Under the pieces are notes generated by a model. It saw nothing but the letters and a program-made list of their open reading frames with translations. It was not told where the DNA came from and did no database searches. The translations under genes and the position numbers were made by a program. Source: an uncultured archaeon (lineage in GTDB: Archaea; CAYFZR01). Taken from it: 64,000 nucleotides of DNA. The stretch is taken from contig CAYFZR010000065.1 of NCBI GenBank assembly GCA_964347835.1, positions 19,496-83,495 of the forward strand, read 5' to 3'. Positions 54,460 to 64,000 of the stretch are shown piece by piece (position 1 is the first letter of the stretch; every line of letters starts with the position of its first letter).

Positions 54460-55032
54460 GTGACCTTGAAGGTTTTAGGAATTAATGGCAGTCATAGACG
54501 CGGAAAAACAACAAGAAAATACCTTGATTTTGCTATAGAGGAAATTAAAAAGGAAGGATTCGAAACAGAGATCTTAGAACTGTCAAAACTTAATATCGAA
54601 GATTGTGATGTATGCGAAAGATGCCGAGAAGAGCCTTGTCCTATAAAAGATGACATGCAGGAATTATATAAAAAACTAGAAGAGTCAGATGGGGTAATAT
54701 TGGCGTCTCCGGTCTACTTTGGTACCGTGTCTGCTAAATTAAAAAGAATGATGGACAGAACTCTTTATTTGAGGAGAAAAAATATGGCGTTATCAGGAAA
54801 GGTAGGAGGTGCTATATCAGTAGGAAGGACAAGAAATGGAGGTCAAGAGTTTACTAACATGGCGATCTATAACTTTATGTTCATGCACGAAATGATAGCG
54901 GTAAGTGACAAATCTACGGCTCACTTTGGAGGAATAGCGCATTCAGGAATAGAAGAAGATCCAGAAGGGGAAAAAATCTGCAAAAATCTCGGAAAAAAGG
55001 TTGCAGAGACGCTTAATAGAATGCGTAAATAA
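54460..55032 (+). CDS. isf: Iron-sulfur flavoprotein (Isf; NADPH-dependent FMN reductase fold)
   Basis: 190 aa. Flavodoxin-like N-terminus (LGINGSHRRGKT) and compact Cys cluster CDVCERCREEPC as in archaeal Isf. Confidence 0.65.
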   Translation: MTLKVLGINGSHRRGKTTRKYLDFAIEEIKKEGFETEILELSKLNIEDCDVCERCREEPCPIKDDMQELYKKLEESDGVILASPVYFGTVSAKLKRMMDRTLYLRRKNMALSGKVGGAISVGRTRNGGQEFTNMAIYNFMFMHEMIAVSDKSTAHFGGIAHSGIEEDPEGEKICKNLGKKVAETLNRMRK

Positions 55033-55039
55033 ATCTTGA

Positions 55040-55972
55040 TTAGACTTTGATAATTTCTTTCAGAAGTTCACAAGCCTTGCATACGCTCCTAGAGGTCGGT
55101 TCACCGCATATCTCACACTCCACGATTTTCTCATCCACCAGATTTCTAACGTAGGGCAACATCTTTTCCAGAGAACTTACCACCCCATACTTTGTTCCGG
55201 GTCTCTTCCATTCTATATCGTTTAAAAAATTACGTACATCGGCTCTGAAAGAGGTTCCAGAGTAAGTACATTCATTCAAGGAGCAGGGAATCTCTTTCAA
55301 AATTGTATACAGTGCTACCTCTTTCTCCGGTAAATTTCTAAGGGGTTTTATCCTAGGTACTATCGAAGGATGTATACTGTGTGGTAAAGGATCTAATCTA
55401 ACGAGTTTCTTTAACGCGCCTTGCATCATGTTTAACATTATTGCCTGAGCCTCATCATCCAAGTTATGACCGGTGAATATCTTGTTGCATCCAAGTTCTC
55501 TTGCGTACTTGTTTATGAGATATCTCCTGAACACACCACAATATGTGCAGGGATTTTTTCCATGATCATTCTCTCTACTAATTTTAACCATTCTATCGAG
55601 GGAGTATTCAAATTCGTCTTCAAAAATGTATAAGTGGTGTGAAATGTCTAATTCGTTACATAATCTTCTACAACTTTCTAATGTCTGCTCTCTGTATCCC
55701 CTGATTCCCTCATCAATGGTAATGGCGACGATCTCTACGTCTGGAATTTGAGATGCCACTTTACTTACCATGTAAAGGAGACAAGAACTGTCTTTTCCTC
55801 CTGAGATTGCTACTGCTATTTTGTCTCCCTTTTGTATAGCTTTCAAAAACCTTAATTCTCGCCTTGTTCTTTTTTCAAAGAACGTTGTAAAACATGATTC
55901 ACATAAAATTTTACCAATATATCTCAAATTAATAACTGCCTTGTTACCACAAACACATTTCAAATTAGCCAC
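55040..55972 (-). CDS. ttuA: tRNA 2-thiolation PP-loop ATPase (TtuA/NcsA family) with N- and C-terminal zinc fingers
   Basis: 310 aa. PP-loop VAISGGKDSS. CxxC pairs at the N-terminus (CVCG...CESC) and C-terminus (CEICG...CKAC). Confidence 0.8.
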   Translation of the reverse strand: MANLKCVCGNKAVINLRYIGKILCESCFTTFFEKRTRRELRFLKAIQKGDKIAVAISGGKDSSCLLYMVSKVASQIPDVEIVAITIDEGIRGYREQTLESCRRLCNELDISHHLYIFEDEFEYSLDRMVKISRENDHGKNPCTYCGVFRRYLINKYARELGCNKIFTGHNLDDEAQAIMLNMMQGALKKLVRLDPLPHSIHPSIVPRIKPLRNLPEKEVALYTILKEIPCSLNECTYSGTSFRADVRNFLNDIEWKRPGTKYGVVSSLEKMLPYVRNLVDEKIVECEICGEPTSRSVCKACELLKEIIKV

Positions 55973-56183
55973 CAGAAATCACGTTTATAATTTCCAATAC
56001 ATCGCCATCATTTAATCTCTCTTCCTCTGGCCTAATGCGGCCATTTAGGCTAACAACTACAGTAACAGGATTTATTTTGAGTATTCCAAGAGCATTTAAT
56101 ATGGTACTATCATCCTCCAAGTATAATTCTTCTTCCTTCCCGATCCTTTTTACCTTGATCTTCATGATGAATAAACGATGCAA
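55965..56183 (-). CDS. ttuB: ThiS/MoaD-like sulfur-carrier protein (TtuB/SAMP-like) ending in Gly-Gly
   Basis: 72 aa beta-grasp-like sequence ending ...LEIINVISGG. Overlaps ttuA start by 8 nt. Confidence 0.6.
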   Translation of the reverse strand: MHRLFIMKIKVKRIGKEEELYLEDDSTILNALGILKINPVTVVVSLNGRIRPEEERLNDGDVLEIINVISGG

Positions 56184-56314
56184 AAGAAATTTGAAGGTTT
56201 CGTCATCACGTCGATTGCTCTTTTATATTCTTTCATTTTTTAAAAAATTTTATAGATTATTTTTCTTTTCAAAATCAAAAAATAAATACGCAATAATTAT
56301 AGAGTGATATGTGA

Positions 56315-56611
56315 TTGTTAATGAGATTCAGCAAGCAGATGTTAAAAATCTTATTGGTTCTGAGGAAACATCCCGAAGGATTGACTGAAGAGAAGATAAT
56401 TGCAAGGGGGGAAAGATTAGATAAAACGGAAAATGTGCAACTTAGAGCTTTTAAGTCCAGATACAAAAAATCTATCGAAAAATTGGTTTCTCGAGGTCTA
56501 ATAATCAGAAAAAAGAAAAAGTTCAAACTTACGGGAGAAGGTATTGACAGAGCTCAAGAGGCTTACAGCGAAATTAAGGAGTATTTCAAAGAATATCAAC
56601 ATTTGATTTGA
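56315..56611 (+). CDS. Small basic winged-helix-like protein
   Basis: 98 aa (LKILLVLRKHPEGLTEEKIIARGERL). Confidence 0.35.
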   Translation: MLMRFSKQMLKILLVLRKHPEGLTEEKIIARGERLDKTENVQLRAFKSRYKKSIEKLVSRGLIIRKKKKFKLTGEGIDRAQEAYSEIKEYFKEYQHLI

Positions 56612-56780
56612 CAAAGGCGAAAATTTAGAAAAATCATATATTTCGGTTATTGCCGATCGTTGATCGTAAAAAATAAAAATAAATTGTTGATAATTAATTT
56701 TAGAGGGCTTGTGCCCTCTGCCCCCCCCATTTTTCAAGATTTTTCATTGTTTATCAATTAGGTGCAGTTTTTTGATTAAG

Positions 56781-57047
56781 CTTTTTTTAAAAGTTCAAAT
56801 GTAACGAGCCACGCTAGAAGGGGGTAATAATACATTTTATACTGAAATTATGCTATTTTACCTCATCACCCCCTTTCTAAACCCCCATATAAAGAAGGGG
56901 GCAATCGCCCCCTCTCTACACCCCCATATAATATTTAGAGTAGAAAAAGGCTCATTTGGTACCGTTTATAAAATATCTTTCTTTTGATTGAACTTTTTTT
57001 AAAAGTTCATTGCGGATGGAACGAGCCACGTTCCATAGCCACGCTGC
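56781..57047 (+). repeat. Copy C of the modular intergenic repeat family (half-H module + 2 P sub-modules + S module + full H module)
   Basis: ctttttttaaaagttcaaatgtaacgagccacgct-agaagggggtaataatacattttatactgaaatta...caccccctttctaaacccccatataaagaagggggcaatcgccccctctctacacccccatataatatttagagtagaaaaaggctcatttggtaccgtttataaaat...gaactttttttaaaagttcattgcggatggaacgagccacgttccatagccacgctgca. Confidence 0.8.
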
Positions 57048-57050
57048 ATT

Positions 57051-59045
57051 TTATTCATTTTCATTCGTTCTCAAGAGTTCTTTCGCTCTTCTCTCTTTGT
57101 ATTCATAGATGATATCCTCGATTGTGTCTAAATGTTCCATATCTTTTTGTTTTTTATCTTCCAATAGCCAATTCTCAATTTCTTTCTTGAAGAGTTCTGA
57201 ATCTATAACTGCAAAATCGTCAACATGTCTGAGTTTTACCTTATCAGGATCTATTATAGGAATATTCTCTTGTTTAAATACCTCTTCTGCTACGTGTGAC
57301 ATCCCTTTTTTCGCTATGATACATTTTGCGCCTTTCGCCAATGATTTTGCTGTGGAGGCTCCACCTCCACTCACATCCATAATGTATATAACATCGTTAG
57401 AGAGTCCAACTTGGTCTTTTAATTGTTTTATACAGTCTTTAGAGAATGTGTTCAGTATTTTAACTGGTTTTATCTTTTTTGAGGGTTCTAAAGAGTGAAT
57501 TCTTTTTAATCTTTGAAGTTCTTTTGCATATCTTGAGGATCTCTCCTTTTCCTTAATTATTTCTGTTTTTAAATCTTCAATCATTTTTTCTTTTGCTCTA
57601 AGAAGAGTATCTTTTCGTATCTCTATATCTTCCTCTTTTACGATTCTTTCGAGTTTTATTTGTAACTCATTTTTCTCAGAAATTATTTTCTCCTTTTCTT
57701 CTATTAAAAATACGTTTTCTTCCTCTAATCTATCAATTCTCTTTTCTAATTTCTTAATTTTGTTTATAAAATCTTTCAAATCATCTTTTTCTGGGTGCTT
57801 CTCCACTACTTTCTTTGTTTTCTCTTTTTTCTCGGTTACCATATTGACAGCATCTCTCAGCGTGTAGCCTTTTATCGTTAGTTCCTTTATTTTATTAACG
57901 TCCCCCTTGAAACCAATATCTTCTAGTTTACTACTTATCTGTAAAAATTTATTTTTATAAGAATTAAATGCCTTGATGGCAGCTGCTAAAGAGTCTCTCT
58001 GATGGGAATCGTTGGGAGGATGTATTTTCTCTTCCATTATGTAAGCGTTGACAATTTCCCTCTTATCCTGTACGCTTAGTTGATCGTGAGAAATCAACTT
58101 AGCATTAAATATTGCTGATATCTTTTCAATCTGTTTTGGAGGAGGGTGGATATCTGTTGTTACTATCACAGGAGTGCCGAATTTTCCTACAAAATTTATT
58201 ATGTCGCTTCTTGACATATTTTTCATACTTTTGATGGATAAAAGGCGACCATTGAGATCAAGTATTGATAAACCCGTTGTCGTTCCAGGATCTATTCCCA
58301 CAATCAAAGGAGAAGATTGTTTTCTCTTTTCAAATGTTTTCATTCTTGTTGGTTTTACTGTAACCCTGACGTCAGGACCTTTTACTTCTCTTAAAAACTT
58401 CTTAATCTTAGGGTAGGTTGCATAAGCAGTAAATTCGCTTCTAGAATATCCTTGATCTTTGGTTTTAATATTTAAGTCATAGTCAATACTTTTTTCATCT
58501 AAGTTTCGTTTAACCTCTCTTGTAACCTGCTGGATCAGATTGTGAATCTTTCTTCTGTATCTTGCTTGGCTAAATCCCCCCGGTCCAATGCTTCTTGCTC
58601 TACTCACAATGATTTTGGTAGCGTCTTCAATTTGTGCTATTTCTGTTCCTATACCCTTATCTGCGAGTAATGCACATACACAGGCTTCTTCTAATGAAGA
58701 AGCCCTCTCTCCGAGATGGATTCCATATTTTTTAGCGATTTTATGCAGGGGAATTTGTTTCCCAAATGTGCCAGTTACTTGGACGATTCTGGTTTCTGGA
58801 GATAAATTATCCAAAAAACGTTTCAGGCGCCTCCTGTTAGGTACTAATTCATATACGTTATCCGTGGCGAGTATATTCGGCTTTTCTTTGTAAATTAGCC
58901 TTAAAAGTTTGTGATAGCTGACTCTTTCAAAAGAAAAAACGACGCTACCATCTTTTACTCCAACGGCAGAGAAGTATGGTTGTCTTTTTCCTCTAATTGA
59001 GCCGTATACAACATCGACTCCTACTGTGCGCAAATATACCACCAA
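57051..59045 (-). CDS. Archaeal COG2433/DUF460-type protein: RNase H-fold (RuvC/YqgF-like) domain plus long coiled coil
   Basis: 664 aa. IVGIDPGTTTGLSILDLNGRLL (RNase H-like first strand), central Lys/Glu-rich coiled coil, conserved N-terminal domain. Confidence 0.55.
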   Translation of the reverse strand: MVVYLRTVGVDVVYGSIRGKRQPYFSAVGVKDGSVVFSFERVSYHKLLRLIYKEKPNILATDNVYELVPNRRRLKRFLDNLSPETRIVQVTGTFGKQIPLHKIAKKYGIHLGERASSLEEACVCALLADKGIGTEIAQIEDATKIIVSRARSIGPGGFSQARYRRKIHNLIQQVTREVKRNLDEKSIDYDLNIKTKDQGYSRSEFTAYATYPKIKKFLREVKGPDVRVTVKPTRMKTFEKRKQSSPLIVGIDPGTTTGLSILDLNGRLLSIKSMKNMSRSDIINFVGKFGTPVIVTTDIHPPPKQIEKISAIFNAKLISHDQLSVQDKREIVNAYIMEEKIHPPNDSHQRDSLAAAIKAFNSYKNKFLQISSKLEDIGFKGDVNKIKELTIKGYTLRDAVNMVTEKKEKTKKVVEKHPEKDDLKDFINKIKKLEKRIDRLEEENVFLIEEKEKIISEKNELQIKLERIVKEEDIEIRKDTLLRAKEKMIEDLKTEIIKEKERSSRYAKELQRLKRIHSLEPSKKIKPVKILNTFSKDCIKQLKDQVGLSNDVIYIMDVSGGGASTAKSLAKGAKCIIAKKGMSHVAEEVFKQENIPIIDPDKVKLRHVDDFAVIDSELFKKEIENWLLEDKKQKDMEHLDTIEDIIYEYKERRAKELLRTNENE

Positions 59046-59367
59046 TCAGTATGAGTGTATATGGAAAAACTTTCGTTAAAATACGAAAGATTGTTAAATT
59101 TAACATTTCTAATGAAGATATCAAAACTGAAAGAATAACACAAATGTCTCTGCCTCCTTTTCCACGGTGGCCAATTTTTTCCCACTCTGATAATGGTTTT
59201 CTTCTTATTTAATGTTGTCCCGCCACCGACGAAGAAATGGAAAGAAGACTTAAAGAAGAGAAAGAAAGAGGATTAGAGGATAATTAACTCTCTTCAAAAT
59301 CTCTTTTTTTCTGTGTGGTTTAGGTTGTTAACCCGACTGTATAGAGCTAATTCAATAACTGTATATT

Positions 59368-61124
<1,757 letters not shown>

Positions 61125-61239
61125 TCATAAACCTCCCTTCTTTGAAAATCGAAAAATAATAAGTGGCTTTTAATCTAAAATATATATAATTTTTTCGTGT
61201 AATTCTACTAAGACTCGAATCTCTCAAAAAAGAGTATTT

Positions 61240-61297
61240 TTTATTTCAGTATAAAATTATTCTTAATAAATTAGCGTGTGCAGCGAGCCACGCTGCT
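61240..61297. repeat. Partial copy D of the repeat family: inverted P-module fragment plus CGAGCCACG hairpin
   Basis: tttcagtataaaat is the reverse complement of attttatactgaaa. gtgcagcgagccacgctgc is identical to the copy B hairpin. Lies directly after the stop of the 61302-61778 gene. Confidence 0.6.
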
Positions 61298-61301
61298 TAA
61301 C

Positions 61302-61778
61302 TTATCTTCTCTTTCTTGCTTTAACGTGGATAGACCAGCCGAATAAATTTGGAAACCAGTTATAGTAAAATCTGTCATAATCCTTTACATATGTAGGATC
61401 GAACCCAACAAGTCTTAATACTTTCATTAAATCCTTTGGGTGTACTAATTTCGTGTGATAAGGGTTCCAACCGCTTTCCCATTGAATTTTACCTAAAAGA
61501 TATAATATTTTTCGTCTAACGGTGAACATATTCGGCGTTGTGAATTCCAAGATTCCGTCGGATTTTAATATTCTAAAGCATTCTCTGAAGAAATCAATGG
61601 GATGTATCGTAAGATGTTCTAACAATTCAAATGCTAGGATATATTCACAAGAATTATCCTCGAAGGGATAAGGAGTAACGTTTAGATCTAATATTCTATC
61701 CGGCTCAAAATCCGGGTTTATATCTATGTTTATAAACCCTTCTCTCTTTTTCAATCCGCAACCCAGATTTAATTTCAT
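61302..61778 (-). CDS. Class I SAM-dependent methyltransferase
   Basis: 158 aa. Motif I LNLGCGLKKREGFINIDI. Confidence 0.7.
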   Translation of the reverse strand: MKLNLGCGLKKREGFINIDINPDFEPDRILDLNVTPYPFEDNSCEYILAFELLEHLTIHPIDFFRECFRILKSDGILEFTTPNMFTVRRKILYLLGKIQWESGWNPYHTKLVHPKDLMKVLRLVGFDPTYVKDYDRFYYNWFPNLFGWSIHVKARKRR

Positions 61779-61839
61779 CTCTTAACGCCCTAAGTAATCT
61801 GTTTAAATTTTCAATTAGTTATCGTCGTTTTAACTTTCA

Positions 61840-63069
61840 TTAATTTATAGTTTCTTCATATATCTCTATAACTTTAGGAATAATCCTGTCGGGTAAGAAG
61901 TCTTCCAGAGTTTCGTGTCCTAATTCTCCCATCGATCTTGCAGAGTTTTTATCGTATAGCAAATTGCATAAAGCATCTTCGAGTTCCTCCGAGTCTCCTG
62001 GAGTGAAAAACAATCCTGTTTCTCCATTTTTCACCAATTCTGGGCTGCCCCCAGTCTTAGAGGCTATAACGGGTTTTTTAAAAGAATATGACTCCAAAAT
62101 TACTCTGCTTAGAGGTTCTGGAGATGTTGATGGGACGACTACTAGCGATGAGTTAGCATATTGCTCCCAAAGATCCATACCAACTTTTTTGCCCAAAATT
62201 AGAATATTCTCGTTCAGCCTTTTTTTATTGATTTCCTCAATGATTTCTTTTTTGAGAGGTCCAGCACCCAGCATTTTGAATTTAACTGAGGAATCACTTT
62301 TAACAATTCTTTCTGCTGCTTCTACTAATGTTTCTATTCCTTTTCCCCTTATCCACCGTCCTAAAAATAAAACAATTTTTTTAGAATCATCTTCACTGGA
62401 AATTTTTTTGCTTAAGTCTATGAGATTCGGATCTGCCATATTATAAACTTTGGAAATATTTTTTGACGGTAAAATTTTTGAAGAGACGTTTTTGACGAAT
62501 TCACTAACACATATTATCCTATCCGCCGATTCAAGGTATTTTAGACCGATCCTATTATTAAATACGTTTAAAAAGGATTCGAAACTGTAGTGACCTCGAT
62601 TCTTTAAACACTTAATGCATTTTGTAAAGCTAAATTTTTCAAAACAAACTTCATCGTTGTAGATCAATTTGTTGTCCAATGCTGAACATATCCTAGTGTA
62701 ATCGTGTTGGTGATAAATTAACGGCAAACCTGTTAATTTCTTCAAATACCATGGGTTAAAAACAGAATCGAAATGATGTACATGAATCAGATCTAATTTT
62801 TGTTTATCGATTATTTTTTTTGCTCTTTTTAAAAAATTTAACTTCGGTATTGGAGATCTAGGATAAGATGAATAAACGCCATCAAATCTATAAATTTCAA
62901 AATTATCATTAACCTTTTCCCTTTTTTTTGTACCAGGTAGCGCAGAGGTCAAAACTATGTTTTTAATCCCTGCTTTTGATAAATAATAAGAGTAGAGATG
63001 TGCACTCCTCTCCGCGCCCCCTTGATATGGATGGAAATTTTCGGAGATTCTGCATACCGATAAGACCAT
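61840..63069 (-). CDS. Glycosyltransferase family 4 (GT-B fold)
   Basis: Track ORF runs to 63162, but the likely start is MVLSVCRIS at 63069. GGAERSAHL N-terminal motif. C-terminal EX7E-type region (EPLSRVILESYSFKKPVIASKTGGSPELV). Confidence 0.8.
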   Translation of the reverse strand: MVLSVCRISENFHPYQGGAERSAHLYSYYLSKAGIKNIVLTSALPGTKKREKVNDNFEIYRFDGVYSSYPRSPIPKLNFLKRAKKIIDKQKLDLIHVHHFDSVFNPWYLKKLTGLPLIYHQHDYTRICSALDNKLIYNDEVCFEKFSFTKCIKCLKNRGHYSFESFLNVFNNRIGLKYLESADRIICVSEFVKNVSSKILPSKNISKVYNMADPNLIDLSKKISSEDDSKKIVLFLGRWIRGKGIETLVEAAERIVKSDSSVKFKMLGAGPLKKEIIEEINKKRLNENILILGKKVGMDLWEQYANSSLVVVPSTSPEPLSRVILESYSFKKPVIASKTGGSPELVKNGETGLFFTPGDSEELEDALCNLLYDKNSARSMGELGHETLEDFLPDRIIPKVIEIYEETIN

Positions 63070-63264
63070 TGAAAAGCCCTCCCACCAGCAAATATATAAT
63101 TGAATTATCTTAATAATTGCGCATATTAGAAAGTTATGTGAGGTTAATAAATTTTTTTGCATCTATTCAGATGTAAAGAACCGTCTTCAAGGGATAGATA
63201 AACTTTAGGAGGCTAAAAAGAACAGGCTGAGGAAATGAAATTTTTAATCTCTTAAAAAGATGAT

Positions 63265-63978
63265 TCAGAGAAAGTCTTTCTCTAATTTTGCCATCTTTTT
63301 TATCAGTTCAGACGTATCTATCAGGTCCTTCACGCTGGAAGAACTAACTTTAAGTAGTCTTACGGTTTCTATGGCTGTGAAAAAAGACCATAGGTCTTGA
63401 TCTAGATCATACATTCTAATTTTATTTTTAAAATCGCCGATAGTCTCTTTTTCTAAGAGATTTTTCCTCTCGTCATTTAGTTTTGATGATAAAATCTCTA
63501 TACCTTTGCTTATTATCTCACCAATTATCTCTTCTGAAATAATGTTTTCCGGGATTTTAATTTCCCCAATAAACTTATTATCTTCTATATCTTCTTTTGA
63601 AAATTCTAATAAGCCTTTTTTACTTAGTACAGTAAGCATGGAAAACTTTAGAGCCCATTCATGAAGATTTACCAAGAAATTCATTTCTTCCCTTCTAAAA
63701 TATGGAACAACCTCGTACCTTCCGAAATCTTCTCTGCTTTTTTTTACGTCCTCAATAGCTCCAATAATGACGCCTTTTGCTTTTTCTTCGTCTATATATT
63801 TTGTTAAAAAATCTTTTAGACTCTTTCCAATTTTTTCAATCAATAACTTCGAAAAATCGTATTGTTCTTTTGGAAAAGATAATTTAGGCATGTTCTCTAT
63901 CACATCATAACATACAGCAAAATCTTTTATCAATCGAGAAACAGAATCATTTATATCTTCATTAATCGTTGAATACAT
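63265..63978 (-). CDS. Hypothetical protein
   Basis: 237 aa helical ORF. First gene of the minus-strand block 63978 to 60387. Confidence 0.4.
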   Translation of the reverse strand: MYSTINEDINDSVSRLIKDFAVCYDVIENMPKLSFPKEQYDFSKLLIEKIGKSLKDFLTKYIDEEKAKGVIIGAIEDVKKSREDFGRYEVVPYFRREEMNFLVNLHEWALKFSMLTVLSKKGLLEFSKEDIEDNKFIGEIKIPENIISEEIIGEIISKGIEILSSKLNDERKNLLEKETIGDFKNKIRMYDLDQDLWSFFTAIETVRLLKVSSSSVKDLIDTSELIKKMAKLEKDFL

Positions 63979-64000
63979 AATATTCTATGTGCTTGGAAGT

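Noticed and set aside
6288-57047. Idea that the about 25-kb spacing of repeat copies A, B, C marks boundaries of large direct duplications
   Set aside because: The genes flanking each copy are unrelated to one another, so only the about 250-bp elements are repeated, not the intervening 25-kb blocks.
57109-58893. Plus-strand ORFs inside the COG2433 gene (57109-57498, 58174-58416, 58588-58893)
   Set aside because: Antisense shadows of a Lys/Glu-rich coiled-coil coding region.

Overview
Low-GC archaeal chromosomal segment with about 70 protein-coding genes on both strands, two tRNA genes and no rRNA, CRISPR array, transposase or integrase. The archaeal assignment rests on ECF/ThiN thiamine salvage, a class III signal peptide protein, a KH/beta-CASP ribonuclease, a COG2433-type protein, Shine-Dalgarno GGAGGTGA leaders and oligo-T terminators. 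The host probably has a tetrahydromethanopterin C1 pathway, since clear Ftr and Mer homologues are present. Recognisable content includes a ClC channel, PIMT, PfpI, a MoxR-DUF58-VWA (Bat-like) operon, a class II ribonucleotide reductase, a TtuA/TtuB tRNA-thiolation pair, an ECF transporter with ThiW and two ThiN paralogs, an OFA-family MFS antiporter, an Isf flavoprotein and a glycan-modification block (GT4, methyltransferase, LbH acetyltransferase). The most unusual signal is a modular intergenic repeat family, with three full copies near 6.3, 31.1 and 56.8 kb and an inverted fragment near 61.3 kb, carrying a conserved hairpin loop CGAGCCACG with compensatory stem changes. Other leads are a dense palindrome/hairpin array upstream of tRNA-Ile, a KamA + 2x Ddl-like ATP-grasp + GNAT cluster, an IPCT-like/CDP-alcohol phosphotransferase/TIM-barrel cluster, tandemly duplicated lipoprotein genes, a near-perfect intragenic duplication in a PQQ-repeat gene, and a frameshifted cyclophilin-like (TM1367-type) gene. 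All calls come from reading the sequence and the ORF translations; no database search was run.
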